Assembly: GCA_951406725.2 (NCBI GenBank)
Contig: OX597830.1
Coordinates: 59,210,001 to 59,274,000, forward strand
Length of the DNA stretch: 64,000 bases
Source of the DNA: Octopus vulgaris
Taxonomy: Eukaryota
Reading direction: 5' to 3'
This document shows positions 12,966-26,630 of the stretch, one piece after another (position 1 is the stretch's first letter; every line of letters starts with the position of its first letter). The notes beneath the pieces are model-generated. The model had not been told where the DNA came from. It saw only the letters and a program-made list of their open reading frames with translations, and ran no database searches. The position numbers were made by a program, and so were the translations under genes.

Positions 12966-13365
12966 CTCTTTCTCTTTTACTCGTTTCAGTCATTTGACTG
13001 CGGCCATGCTGGAGCAACGCCTTTAGTCAAGCAAATCGACCCCGGGACTTATTCTTTGTAAGCCCAGTACTTATTCTATGAGTCCCTTTTGCTGAACCGC
13101 TAAGTAACGGGGACGTAAACACACCAGCATCGGTTGTCAAGCAATGCTAGGGGGACAAACACACACACACATATATATAGATATATATATATATATATAT
13201 ACGACAGGCTTCTTTCAGTTTCCGTCTACCAAATCCACTCACAAGGCATTGGTCGGCCCAGGGCTATAGCAGAAGACACTTGCCCAAGATGCCATGCAGT
13301 GGGACTGAACCCGAAACCATGTGGTTGGTAAGCAAGCTACTTACCACACAGCCACTCCTACGCCT
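12966..13365 (-). mobile_element. SINE-A, full-length
   Basis: Reverse complement of the family A consensus. Confidence 0.9.
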
Positions 13366-15101
13366 ATACATTCAAAACTGCATCCATTCCATGCTTCTAT
13401 TTCTTTTTTTGGGGGTGGGGTGAGTATGTATGGGGGGAGTCGTAGTAATGAGATTATTTTAGCTAAATAAATTACATAGGAAAACCAGATATAAAACCAT
13501 TTCACTTTGGAAATTTATAGTGTGTGTGTGTGAAGTCAAGGAATTCCTGTTTCATTTGGCACTGTGTGCTATCTGTCCTACGTCCAAGATATTAAAATAA
13601 CTTTTTCTGATCCAATGAATTCAATACCAATTAGGTACTAATGAAAATGCAATTACCCAAAGCAATACTGTATAACTGAAAATCATTTCATTAATAAGAC
13701 CTGCAAAATATCGCATCATATTAAAACAAGCATGAGGAGAATAAGTTTGTGTTTAGGATATCTGTACCATTTGCAAATCAACTGAATTTAAAGAAGGCAA
13801 CTTTTTTCAATGTCCAAAGATTATAATAATGTTAATAAATTTAAACAGTAACTTGATAGAATCAAAAACAAAACTGTGACGGAAATGTTTACATAAGAAA
13901 AATTATAAAAGCTGAAAATAAAATAAATGAAATTAAGAGAAAAGTAGAGGTAACACCACACACATGGAGGGGGCTGACATCCATTGAATACTTTAGGGAT
14001 AGAAGTAGATACAAGACCAGCAAATTTGAGGGGAAGGGTTGTTAGTCGATATCTCGACCTCAGTCGACCCCATAGGGATGAAAGTCAAAGCAGATCCCAG
14101 CAGGATTTTGACCTTAATATTAAAGCTGTTATCGTCCAAAGAGCTGCTCTAACTGCAGCTAAAGTTTAACCTAAAGTGAACAAAATGCCTTCTATTATCA
14201 GGAATGTGACAACAAATATGTTATTGTTCTATTAATTTGCAAAAGGAGGTTTCGCTTCATTTCTAAGCAGTCACCGTTATATACTTATGACAATAGATTT
14301 ATTTACTATTGACACAAGTTAATATTTATATTCTAATAACAAAACATTCGTTAAGACTAAAGAAAAAATGCAACATTGTGAAATTACATCATCAAACAAA
14401 TATAAATAAATAATGTGAAATGAAAAGGGTAAAAAATTGAAATGCAAGTTATGTGTTGGATTTTTAAAGAGTTTTTGTAAGTAAAATGACAAATTACCAT
14501 TTAGGAAGACTGTGTGAGAAGTTAAGTAGCAAAGAGGAAAAGTAAAAATAGTCTCACAGTAAAAAAACAGTATTTTTATAATGAGTCAGTTGCCACAAAA
14601 TAAAAAAAAGAAATCTCTGCAAACGAATTCAAAGAGGGAATTCCACGCCAAAAATTATGTCACCAATAAAAAGAGAGAGAGTTGAGGGGGCGAGAAAGAG
14701 TGGAGACGTCACTTAAGAATAAAGTAGCGTTTGGATATTATTATAATGCCATTTTAAAAATAGGTTTTCTTCTTCTTCAGTTTAATTATGAATGAAAAAT
14801 TTAATAGCAAATACACACACACGAATTAGAAATTAGGACGTGAACACACACACACAAATACGAATGAGATTTAAAAGCTTAATGAGAAAATCAATGATGA
14901 TCAGAAATTTTGGGCGATTTTCATTTTATGTGTGAGTGAGAGAGGTTGTTTCTCCATGAAATTGTTTAAGAACAACAAAAATGGTCTGGTTTCCGTCTAT
15001 TTCTGAAAACGCCAAGTTGTGGGAGGAGTGGGAGGAGAATGGAAAGGAAAAAGTGGAGGAGGAAGAGGGGGGGGTCGTCTAGTCAGGTCATTCTGTCATA
15101 C

Positions 15102-15291
15102 CTGGAGAGATTCCGTAGATTGTCCGGATAAGAAGACTACCAAGATTACGGCACCAGTTGACTTAAATTAAACGAATAAAAAATCCCCCGTTTCATTTCT
15201 TTTCTTTTTTTCCTTACAGCCCATAATTTAGAATCACCAAGAAAGAAAAAATTGACAACTTAACCTGTATTTAATTACAGAAATTGGAATC
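15102..15291 (-). other. Candidate non-coding (5' UTR) exon
   Basis: Minus-strand acceptor ttcccttccttgacag| and donor CCAG|gtatga in unique, CpG-retaining sequence. Its internal ATGs open only short ORFs. Confidence 0.35.
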
Positions 15292-15333
15292 CTGTCAAGG
15301 AAGGGAATCTACTTATTAAGAAACAGTTTTCAT

Positions 15334-15370
<37 letters not shown>

Positions 15371-15501
15371 CATGTATACATACGTGTATATAAACATATA
15401 CATTTATACACATGTATACTTATTGTAAATACCTATGTACTTACATGCTTATTTGTATATGCATATAAATGTATGTACACACACACACACTATGTATATA
15501 A

Positions 15502-15539
<38 letters not shown>

Positions 15540-16080
15540 GTGTGTGTGTGTGTGTGTGTACACTTTATTCATAGGTACATATTAGCATAAAATCCCATTC
15601 TGTGTGATATTAGTAATATGTTAACTGTCAATCATCTCTTTATTATGATATTTAATATGCATTCCACGATTGTAAAGCTAATTATTACCTCACCATCAAA
15701 TCTCAAAATATCCGGAAATTTAAATGGGTAATATTCCGTACTGAGCTCTCAGTATTTTAGCGTAAACACAGACAGACATAAATAGATACAAAGAGAGGAC
15801 ATACCAAACACTAACAGTACAGTCATAATTAATACATTTTTGTCTACGTAAACAGAGCGATGTAGAAGCTAACATTTTCACCGTTCTAATTTGTGAACAT
15901 TAAATACTACTTAAGAAGAATAACAAAAATAATGTTATAGGCTGTCATTTATATTAGATATTCCTAGATCTAAGTGGTTGTTGGGGGTGGATAAGGGTCT
16001 ACAAAAACATACATTTGTCTGTATACGACAGTGTGTATGTGCGCTCAACATATGTACTTTTGATACACACACAGAGGCAG

Positions 16081-16111
<31 letters not shown>

Positions 16112-17895
16112 TATAGGCTTAAGAATATAGGGCGGGGATAGGAAGAGACGGTCAGTGTTGTGGGTGATAGAATCAGACATGCTGCTAATTAGTAAGTTAG
16201 ACTGACAGAGAAGCAATAAATAAATAAATAGTGGAAGAGGGACAGACGGACGGATAGAGAGAAGATAAGGAAATACAGTAGACAATGAGAGAAGAGACGG
16301 CGACGGTGGCCGCCACAATAGAAAGAGAGAGAGAAAGAGAAAGAAAAAGAAGATTCGTACTAATGAAAGTCAGACAAGTAACAGACAGACTCGTAGGCAG
16401 ACAGCAAGATCTATAATAGTAATAATAATAATAATAATAATAAAGTGGTGATCGTAAGCAGTAGTGATCGGGGTTGCTCCCAAAATGTATACATATCAAT
16501 AATGTCCCCTATATCCATTTAACCTGGTTCTTTGCTACGCTTCTATGTAGGAGGTTGGAGGGTAGCGACAACCTTTGAAACGAAAAGGCAATAAATATGT
16601 AATAGCGAAATATAGTGGATGGATTAATTTAGTGTGAATGAAAAGTAGTTGGGTTAATTAGAGTTTGTCGTAGAAGAGTAGTGAGAGAGAAAGGAGGAGA
16701 ATGGTAAAGCAAGGTGAAAGAGAAAGGGTTAATTTAGTAGAGGTGACACAGATAAGGGGATGGATGATAGAGGAGAGAAAGGATGTGGTGATAGAGAGGG
16801 GACAAATAAGGGAGACCGAGGGGGAGAGACTGAAATAAAAATAATAAGAACAACGTGGAAAGAGATCGATAGATGAATGAAGAAAATAAACAGCAGCAGA
16901 GCAAAAAGAGAGACGATAAGTGAAAGAGAAAAAATATATATTTATAAAAATAATAATAATATGAGATAATTAAGAGAGAAAGAAGGGAATTGAATTAAAG
17001 AAGCCAGAAAAATAATGAGAAGGAAATGCAGAGAGAGAGAGAGTAGAATGGATAGAGAGAGGGAAATAGAAAAGAGGAGATATAAACAAAGCGGAGGGTG
17101 AAGGAGAAAGATTATGGAAAAGAGAGAGGGAGAGCAAGAAATGTTTGGGGGAGAATAAGAGGCAAATAAAAAGGGATTTGGAGAGAGAGATGTGAATGAG
17201 AGAGATCTAAATAAAGATGATAGAGGGGGAAAGAAGACGGCTAAGATAGTAGTCGCAGTATTGCAGCTGAATGAAGACCCTAAAACTGATAAATGGTGAA
17301 CGAACGGCAACGGGTCGAGGGTGATGAATAGAAGGTTCCTAGGTTTATAAGAATATAATTACATAATAATAATAATAATAATAAATGTAGAATTTAGTGA
17401 ATGGAAGATGCTGGGTGCAAAATATAGAGACACTTGTTTCGTTCGATATTTATGTTTATATATTGAAAATGTTTTTTTTTCTTTCGAGGGAAACATCAAA
17501 ATAAATGAATTTAGTAAATATCTGCGCAAAATGCGACGAAAACAGAATAATATGTAATTTATTATAGATGTATGTTATGCATGTAAGCAGGTGTACAACA
17601 ATGTGTATGCGGTTGTGTGTGTGCATGTGTAGATATGTATGTGTGTGCATGTGTATGCATGTGTGTGTGTGTATGCGCGTGTTTCTCTATCTGTGTCTAT
17701 TTTTCGAGCGAGCACGGGTGCAATGTAATAAGCAAATAGGTTGTACAAGTTATTTTTAACAGATGGACAGGCAAGAGCAGACGATTTCTTCTTCGAGTGG
17801 CATTGAGAAAGCAAAAAATAATAATGCATGTATGAGAATCGAAAATACTTGTTTCTGTCTGTTGTTGAAATAATATATAAGCGAAATCAACTCAC

Positions 17896-18470
17896 AATGA
17901 CATTTCTTTGGCAATTCATCTTGCCGGAGTGTGTGTACGTATGCTGTAGTTAGAAACCTATCAGCAACGGGGAGAAAAATGGTTCTGGTAAAAGCAGAAA
18001 GCGCCACTGATCGTGTGAAGAAATTAACAGACCCGCTTGTCCTGGTCTGCTACTCACTCACTCGCTTCTCTCTTTCTCTCTTATTTATTCACCAACTTCT
18101 GTCTTTTTCACTCACTCACATTTTTCTCTGTCTCATTTTTTTCACATACTAACTTGTCTCTCTCTCTCTCTCTCTCATTCATTCACTTTCTTCTCTATGT
18201 CTCGTTTTTTTTACTCATTTACTATCTTATCCTTCTCTTTCCCTCTCTCCAATCCACTAACTCCTTTCTCCCTTTTCATTCACTCGCTTATTATCTTCCC
18301 TTTCTCTCTTCACTCACTATCCTCTCTCTCTCTCTCTTTCCCCCATCTAATTTTCACTCACTCACTATTTCCTCTCTCTCTCTCTCTCTTTCTGTGTGTC
18401 TCTCTCTCTCTCTTTCTCTCGTTTGCTCACTAATATAGTGATTCTCTGTCTCTTTCTCTGTCGTCGACTG
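17896..18470 (-). other. Candidate first exon of a minus-strand gene
   Basis: Donor ATT|gtgagt at 17896/17895, preceded by ATG at 17919 (MNCQRNVI). Inr-like ACAGTC at ~18470. GA-rich leader. Confidence 0.3.
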
Positions 18471-18520
18471 TTTAGTGGTTGCACGTGACCGCTTCCGTTC
18501 CCATCCAAACCGGGCACCTC
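18465..18520 (-). promoter_or_regulatory. Promoter-like motif cluster (E-box GGTCACGTGC and ETS-like CGGAAG)
   Basis: GCACGTGACC at 18481-18490 lies next to CTTCCG at 18492-18497 in CpG-rich unique sequence, a combination typical of housekeeping core promoters. Confidence 0.45.
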
Positions 18521-20632
18521 TTTAATGTCGATGACGGTAATAATAATGTGTTGGAAAGAAGTTGTTGCTAATGAGGGGAAAACAGATATGGAAAGATTGA
18601 CAGTATAATGTTAATGAACAAATAAGATGATGCAGAGAGACAGAGTAACCAAAATCAGTTGGTTTCAATTGTTTTACATCATTTTATCTTGTTTTGTCTC
18701 AGTGTTCTAAGTTCGATCTTCACCCAATTTAACCTTAATTTTAAAACGGCAGATGGGTTTTTGTATCAGTTGTTAATATGAGAGAACCAATTCAATATTG
18801 TTTCTCCCTTAATAGAATTAGCCCCTATGCCAACTCAAACGAAATTAATATTAGTGATGGCATCAACGCAACGAACTAGCAGAATCGTTTGCACGTTCCG
18901 CTGAGGTCGACTTTGCCTTTCAACCTTTGCGAAGTCGATAAAATAAGTATTATTTGAGCTCTGCAAATTGATGTAATCTACTGGACTCCCTCGTCCAAAA
19001 TTTTAGGCCCTTGTGACTATAATAAAAAAAAAGAATATTAGTAATGACATTGAGGATAACGTTGATTATATATAGGGGAAGTATTTCAAGCGACGGACAT
19101 TGATTGGAAGGGCTACGTGAAGTGATTAATGGGGACTTGGATGTAGGGTGAATACAACATGGGTAACAAGAGCAAAAGAGACGAATTGGGTGAATGTGAC
19201 ATGAGAGCAACCAGATACGAAGAGCAGGAACCACTCTGATTGTGTTAGAAAAGGAAGGAATGAAGAAACTACGTCTGTGGGTCAGAGGTCGTTTGTGAGC
19301 GACTTCGTAAAGTTATTATTGATAATACATTTGGAAAAGAGATGAGCGCCACAGCTTCCCATATACAATGATTACAACTTTTCAATGGCAGTAGCAACGT
19401 TGTATCTTTTACTTGTTTGGATTGCGGCCATGCTAGAGCACGGCCTTGAACGGTTTTACTCGAACGAATCGACCTCATTATATTTTTTTAAAGCTCCGTA
19501 TTTATGCAGTCGGTCTCTTTGCCAAACCATTAGGCTACGGGGACTCAAACAAACCGACACTGGTTGTCTAGCGGTGGTCACACACACACACACACATATA
19601 TATATAGGGAGAAAGAGGAGAGACGATCGGTTTCTTCCAGTTTCACAAGGCATTGAGTGGCCGGGGGGGGGGGGGCTACAGTAGAAGATACCTAAGCTGC
19701 CACGCATTGGGACTGAAACCAGAACCATGCGGCTGGGTGCCATACTTCTTACTACATAGCCACGCCAGCGCTTTTTTTTTTTAATCTTTTCTTACTGAGC
19801 ACGAAGACTGTCAAATTTTTGTATGGGAAATGTTTTGGTCAATTGGCTCAAGTTTACACTATATTAATGGTATCTATTTTATCGATCCAGAAATATTTTT
19901 AACACACTCGATGCTTTATTTGGAGTGTCTCTGATATTTACACAATGCACCGAGTAGCAATTTATGCAAAATCGCGTATTTTTTCTCTTCATTTTTCTAT
20001 AGCTCAAGCTCCCAAATTATTTTTGAGCAAGCCTCAGTATATTTAGACTATATAGATATACTTACATAGCTTTTATGTTTACCTTATTCAAACTAGTAAT
20101 TACTAGCAATTACGCAAAATTAATTCCACAAAACTGCCTTTACCACTTTTGCTACCAAACCACTACGCTTTCCAGAAAATCTGCCAACTTGAGAGAAACT
20201 AACCACTATTAGTGAGTACTATATTTCAACAGAACTGACCTCCACTACTTCCGACAAATACACAAAAGCCTCTGCAACCATTTATTTTTTCTGTTGTTTA
20301 CTTCCAGTCATTTATTGTTATTATTTCTTTTTATTTAGGTTAACGGCTCGAAAACCAGAGCGACCATACAAGCTGACTTTTCACAAACTGAATACTACAA
20401 CTTCAGTCATATTTTGCTCATTGACTATTAATACTTGCTCCAAGTCGTTCGATATTTATTTATCTACGAAGGACGTTGGACTAGCGGTTTTGTTAGAGGA
20501 CCGGACAAACCGGGTGGCGGCATTTGTTCTGACTGTTTATGTTCTCTGTACAAATTACACCAAGGTCAAACTTTGAAATTGCATCTTCCGCGGGGTCGAT
20601 GAAATAAAGCACCATTAGAGTATAAAATAAAG

Positions 20633-21048
20633 GGATCTTTTCAGTTTGAACGGCAGATTTTTTTCTAGCGGTGTCATATGAAATTGTCACCCATAATTAT
20701 GACCCTAGTATCGATCTATTGCATTTCAATCTATTTTAGGGTTAGGGTTCGGGGTGGGGGAAGGGTATCTTTTTTTCTTCATAAATGTAAATAAACCCAA
20801 TCTGATTCTTAAACGAGGGACATATTCATACGGCACAGAATGTTTTCACCTAAATAGACGTCATTGATTGGTTGAAATTGCAGAAATTGAAGAAAAAACA
20901 ACAAATATCTTACAAACTATAGAATTTTCTCAATAAAGCCAAGAGAAAAAGATGTTTTATAAACACATTCTACCAGTATACGAAGTTTAAAAGTGTTTAG
21001 TTACGTGGAAATTATTTTAAAAAACTGCCGGTCAAACCGAAAAGATCC
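20633..21048. mobile_element. Non-autonomous DNA transposon with GG-starting TIRs and an 8-bp TSD (Merlin-like?)
   Basis: ~30-bp TIRs GGATCTTTTCAGTTTGAACGGCAG / CTGCCGGTCAAACCGAAAAGATCC; perfect TSD AAATAAAG at 20625-20632 and 21049-21056. Confidence 0.85.
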
Positions 21049-21964
21049 AAATAAAGTATTATTCATTTCGAGTGAATATAGTCAACCTCTTTCCCTAAAA
21101 TGTTAAGGCCTTGTGTCTAAATAAATATTTATACGAGGCAGGTGATAACAGGGTTATATATATATATATATATAAAAAAGGGATGCCAGGGGTACATCGT
21201 AATCATACCGACGCCGAAGATTTCCTGGGATATTAAAGTTTGACTATATTAAAGATGAGCGCTCACAGAAGGAAATGGGGTGTGAAGTCAACTTTATAAC
21301 CAACCCGACTCCCTCCTGACGAAATTCCTTACAGAGGCCCCTTCCCTCGTTGCATATTATAAAGGTTTTTCGATGGCTTTGGATGAGGACCCAAACGATT
21401 CGTGTCGCTGCCTTTACAAACGATTGAGATATGCTTACTGCATTCTTTCAAATAACAGATGATTACTTATTAAAATGGAAACAGGATTGTATCGAGCACG
21501 ACATATTTGTGTTATCTTAGCAAGATTAAGCGGCGAGTTGACGAGAGTCGTTAGTGCAACAGACAAAACCTCAAACATTGCTTTTTATTGCTCTTTGCAT
21601 TCTGAGTTCAATCAAATAACGCCACGGTCAACTTTGCCTTTCATCCTTTCAGGGTCGATAAAATTAAGTACCCGTCAAGTACTGGACCTGATGGTATTGG
21701 CTAATCCCCTTCTGCTAAAAATGCTAGCCCTGTGCCAAAATTTGCAACCATTATTAGACGGCGCGTTGGCAGAATCGTTAGCAGGTCGGACCAAATGCTT
21801 TGGCGACATTTCTTCTGGCTCTTTATGTTCTGAGTTCAAATTCCGCCGAGGTTAACTTTGGCTTTCGCCTTTTCTGAGTCGATGTAATCGATTATATCCA
21901 ACTCTAAAATTACTGGCCTTGTGCCAAAATTTGAAATCATTATGTTACAAGATTAACAGTTTTT

Positions 21965-22158
21965 CTTTTATTCTTTAATTTTGTTTCAGTCATTTGACTG
22001 CGGCCATGCTGGAGCACCACCTTTAGTCGAGCAAATCGACCCCAGGACTTATTCTTTGTAAGCCTAGTACTTATTCTATCGGTCTCTCTTGCCGAACCGC
22101 TAGGTTACGAGGACGTAAACACACCACTATCGGTTGTCAAGCGACGTTGGGGTAACAA

Positions 22159-22232
<74 letters not shown>

Positions 22233-23221
22233 GACGGGCTTCTTTCAGTTTCCGTCTACGAAATCCACTCACAAGGCTTACGAGGACGTAAACACACCAC
22301 TATCGGTTGTCAAGCGACGTTGGGGTAACAAACACACACACACACACACACACACAACATTTGAGGGAAAATCAATATACGGGAGTATGTTTTTGTTGAT
22401 CTAATTTTTTTTAGAAAACCCTTTGCTCAAGATGCCGCGCTGTGGGGCTGAACCCGAAGCCACGTAGTTGCAAAGCCACTCTTCTTAACCACACAGCTAT
22501 GCCTACGCCTTTATTTACTTTATCGTCCTTCTCGCTCCCCTGCTGACCTTTTGACCATAGCTTTCTATCCCTGCCCATGACCACCTGCCGACATATTTGG
22601 CATCATAATTCTGACCACTCCTTTACACTCCTAATTCCTGTTCTTTCACTACATTTTCACCATTCCTTAAAGGGTCTCGGTTCTCTGCTGTTTCTACCCT
22701 TCCCCTTACCTTTTCGATTCTCTCCACCCTTTTTTTCGTTTGTTTGTGTATCTGTCCCCACTTGACCCCTATTTCCTTCTTTATCTTTATTCTCTCTTAC
22801 CCCCCCACCTCACCTACCCTAGCTCTTTATTATACACACGCACACACATGTTTGTGAGCGCGCGCGCATAGTGCGTATGGTTAAGGGGCTCGCTTTGCTA
22901 GCAAATAGTTTCGGGGTTCGAACCTACTACGCGGCACCTTGAGTAAGTGTCGTCTACTGAAGTCCCGACTCGACCAATGCCTCGTGAGTGAGATTCGTAG
23001 ACGGAATATCTTTTATGTTCTACTTGTTTCTGTCTTTGGACTGCGGCCATGCTGGGGCACCGCCCTGAAGAATTTTTAGTCAAATGAATCAACCCCCCCC
23101 CCAGTACTTATTTTTTTAAGCATGGGGCTTATTCTGTCGGTCTTTTTGCTGAACCGCCAAGTTACAGATACGTAAATACACCAACACCGGTTGTCAAGCG
23201 GTGGTGGGAGATAAACACACA

Positions 23222-23271
<50 letters not shown>

Positions 23272-23665
23272 CACACACATTTATTTATCTGTTCTTTTAT
23301 TTCTTCATTTTTTTTACTTGGTTCAGTCATTTGACTGCGGCCATGTTGGAGCACCGCCTTTAAGACGAACAAATCGACCCTAGGACTTATTCTTTGTAAG
23401 CCTGATACTTATTCTATCGGCATCTTTTGCCGAACCGCTAAGTTACGGGGACGTAAACACACCAACGTCGATTGTGAAGTGATGGTGGGGAGACAAACAC
23501 AGACACACACAAATATGCATATATACGACGGGCTTCTTTCAGTTTCCGTCTACCAGATCCACTCACAAGGTTTTGGTCGTCCCGAGGCTATAGTAGGTGC
23601 CACGCAGTGGGACCGAAACCTGAACCATATGGTTTGGAAGCAAACTTCTTACCGCAACCATGCCT
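21965..23665. mobile_element. Cluster of SINE-A copies and fragments, mostly minus strand, with a local ~60-bp duplication
   Basis: Family A segments at 21965-22280, 22870-23010 (+), 23010-23220 and 23310-23665. Confidence 0.8.
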
Positions 23666-23867
23666 AAAGAAACAAGCACTCGAGGTTTCTCACTCCCAAC
23701 AGTTGGGCAACCGTTGGCTCATCCGCCCTTTGACAGGGTTTGTTTGTTGTGTTCCATCCTACTAAGCCTGCTCGATAGGATTGCCGTTTTAATCGCCGAC
23801 GGCCCAGTCATCCGGTAGGTTGTACTGAGTTGCGTGTTACCAGTAGCGCTGAAAGTCTAACCATCTC

Positions 23868-24480
23868 TCTATGTTGGGTTCTGTTCATCAGGAAACACTT
23901 TATCCACTGCAGCAGCTTTCTACAGACTCCAATGTTGGACAGTTTCTTCAGCAGGCGGCGAGTTGGCAGAACTGTTAGCACGCCGGGCAAAATGCTTTGC
24001 GGTATTTCGTCCGCTGTTACGTTCTGAGTTCAAATTCCGCCGAGGTCGGCTTTGCCTTTCATCCTTTCGGGGTCGATAAATTAAGTACCAGTTACGCGCT
24101 GGGGTCGATGTAATCGACTTTAATCTTTCTGTCTGTCTTTGTTTGTCCCCTCTGTGTTTAGCTCCTTGTGGGTAGTGAAGAAATAGATACATTTGTGGTC
24201 CACTCTGCCAAATGCCTTGCTGAAATCAAGGTATATGACGTCAGTGTTGGAGCCCTCTCCCAACACTTTTAAGATGTCGTGAAAATCGTGCAGAAGCTGC
24301 GACAGGCAGTCCCTGCCATCGCGGAAACCATGCTGGTTGGGGTTCAGTAGATTGTTGTCTTCGAGGAAGTGTAGTTATTCGCGATCTCGCCACCCTTTCA
24401 AATACTTTAGTGATATGAGAAGTGAGTGAAATCGGACGGTAGTTCACTGCAAGAGATTTGTTTCCCTTTTTGAAGACTGG
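23868..24480 (-). mobile_element. CR1-like LINE RT fragment, frameshifted and interrupted by a SINE-B
   Basis: NYRPISLTSHITKVFER..., QHGFRDGRDCLSQLL...DVIYLDFSKAFGRVDH, then the SINE at 23954-24190, then LLKKLSNIGVCRKLLQWIKCFLMNRTQ. Confidence 0.8.
23954..24190 (+). mobile_element. SINE-B, young copy nested in the CR1-like fragment
   Basis: GGCGGCGAGTTGGCAGAA..GAGTTCAAATTCCGCCGAGGTCG..GGTCGATAAATTAAGTACC. Confidence 0.88.
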
Positions 24481-24754
24481 GAAAGAAAATGATCAGGAAC
24501 GTAGCCTGGGGAGATATCAAAGTTATCTCTCTGTGAGTAGGAAAACTCTGGTGTGACATATGCGACTTTGTCTGCATTCCATGACGTAGAATTGTTCTTC
24601 ATTTTGAGCAAGTACATACATTTATCAGGGAGTGGGATTGGCCCCTATGCAAGGCCTTTCCTCACTTAAGAAGCTTCAGACATAGGCATCCTTGATTTCT
24701 AACATCTCTGTTATGCACATGATGATTGTACCTAATGATTGTCGAATAGCAAGA

Positions 24755-26630
24755 GGCGGTTGGCCCTCAAACAAGCCATTCGTTTTGAGTCAATTAGATT
24801 TAGTCAAAAATCCAGTGTAGATAAAGCTAGAATAGAGGGCAATCTACTTAAAGACTTAGAAGAAGCGTTGAGTTTGGGCTCTGCATCCCAAGTTTTGGCA
24901 GCGAGATCGGCCTTGGACCGACACCTCAAAACCAAACACGAGGTATGTAGAGCCCAGGCTAAAGTACGTGCATTGAGACGTGAAAGAACTAACATTGCCG
25001 GATGGGTCGGTACGATAGAGACCCAGCGTGGCAATGAACAAGAGTGTTTGGTCGAAGGACAGGATAAGATGAGTGGGGCCTTTTACGAGCATTTTGCCCA
25101 GTTGTTCGGGAGGAGCAGGACGCTAGACCATGGTGAGTCCTTTCGAGACTTCTTGGAATGCGGTCCGAATCTCTCGGCGCGAGAGGCCGAGTGCTGTGAA
25201 GGGCCGATCACAGCCAAGGAGGTCATAGAGGTACTTTCCGGGTGCCCCGGAGATAGATCGCAGAGACTTGATGGTCTACTCTATGAGTTTTATAAAAGTA
25301 TGCCAGATTTGTTCGGGCACCTACTTGCCGGAGTCTATGCCAACTAGCAGTAGAATTGGAGTATTCCAAATCTGTGACTCTGATCAGAAAGGACCCGAGT
25401 AAGAGGGACATTATTAGCAACTTTCGGCCCATAACCCTGTTAAATACAGAATTACAGATTTTGGCCAAGGTGTTAGCAAAGAGGTTGGCGTGGGTCGTGG
25501 GCGACCTTGTCGGGGAGACACAAACTTGCTCCATTCCCGGCAGGACGATACACGACAATCTCCACCTTATACGCTACACTTTAGTGCGGGTTGGTAAAAT
25601 TAATGGCAAAGGTGGAGAACTGGTGCATTTAGACCAATATAAAGCATTCGATTAGGTCGACGTCGGTACGTGGCGGCGGTTCTCGGAGCGGCCGGGATAG
25701 GCCCGACTTCCCGCTGCTGGATCGCTGCTATGTACTGCAACATTGAGTCTATCGGTCATGTGAATGGTTTCCTCTCGAAACCATTCGACATAAAACGCTC
25801 TGTTTGCCAGGGATGTCCCCTGTCTCCGCTTTTGTACGTACTGGCTCTTGAGCCATTGCTGCAGAGGTTGGAGGCTGCAGGGGGCAACCCGCATGATCTC
25901 AGTGGTGGAAGGACTGCGACCGCGTAAGCAAATGACATTGCCATCATCATGTCTGATAAAGGGCAACTACTTTGAGTAGAAAACACCATCAGAAGATACG
26001 AAGCGGTGGCAGGAGCAAGAATTAATCAGGATAAGTTGGTCGGCTTACAACTTGGCATCTGGAGGGGCAAGTCGATGCCGCCCAGTAACGTCGTAGGACG
26101 TTGGACGGAAGGTCCTGTTAAGATACTAGGGGGTCTGGTTTGGTCCAGATCTACAGATAGAGAAGAATTAAGGTGAGGTAACAAGCAAGGTAACTGCCCT
26201 GATCCAGATCTGGTTTGGAAGGGCGTTATTGCTGGTAGGAAGGACGGAGGTGACGCGGGTGTTCATTGCAATCTTATCACCTTTCGCCTGACCGTCGTGC
26301 CTTGCCCTGATCCGTCGCTAAACAAGTTGGAGAGACTCCTCTTCCGCTTTTTGTGGATGGGGAGACGACTTGTAAGGCTCTCTATCTATTGTCAAAAACC
26401 ATTAAAGGATGGGGTGGGGATGCCGTGGCTGAAGATGCGCAAATTTGCGCTGAGGCTTAGGCACCTCTAGCGTCACCTGGATGGTGAGCAGGTGCGGTTA
26501 CCCCTCTTGAAGTTCTTCCTTACACATTTGACCTCCCTTCGGATCAGGCGAAGACCTAGGCTGGGTGATTGACAATAAGAGTGCCGACGAGCACAGACGC
26601 TTCTCTCCCGGACGGGCAATGCCAGCAGCT
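24755..26630 (+). pseudogene. Decayed L1/Tx1-clade LINE ORF2 (reverse transcriptase)
   Basis: [61 protein letters not shown] and [20 protein letters not shown]. The YADD motif has decayed to *AND; several stops and frameshifts. Confidence 0.9.

Noticed and set aside
20736-20760. Telomere or interstitial telomeric array
   Set aside because: Only two TTAGGG units, internal to a TIR element.
24739-25927. Active reverse transcriptase gene or RT-based defence system
   Set aside because: Ordinary decayed Tx1/L1 LINE with stops, frameshifts and a destroyed YADD motif.
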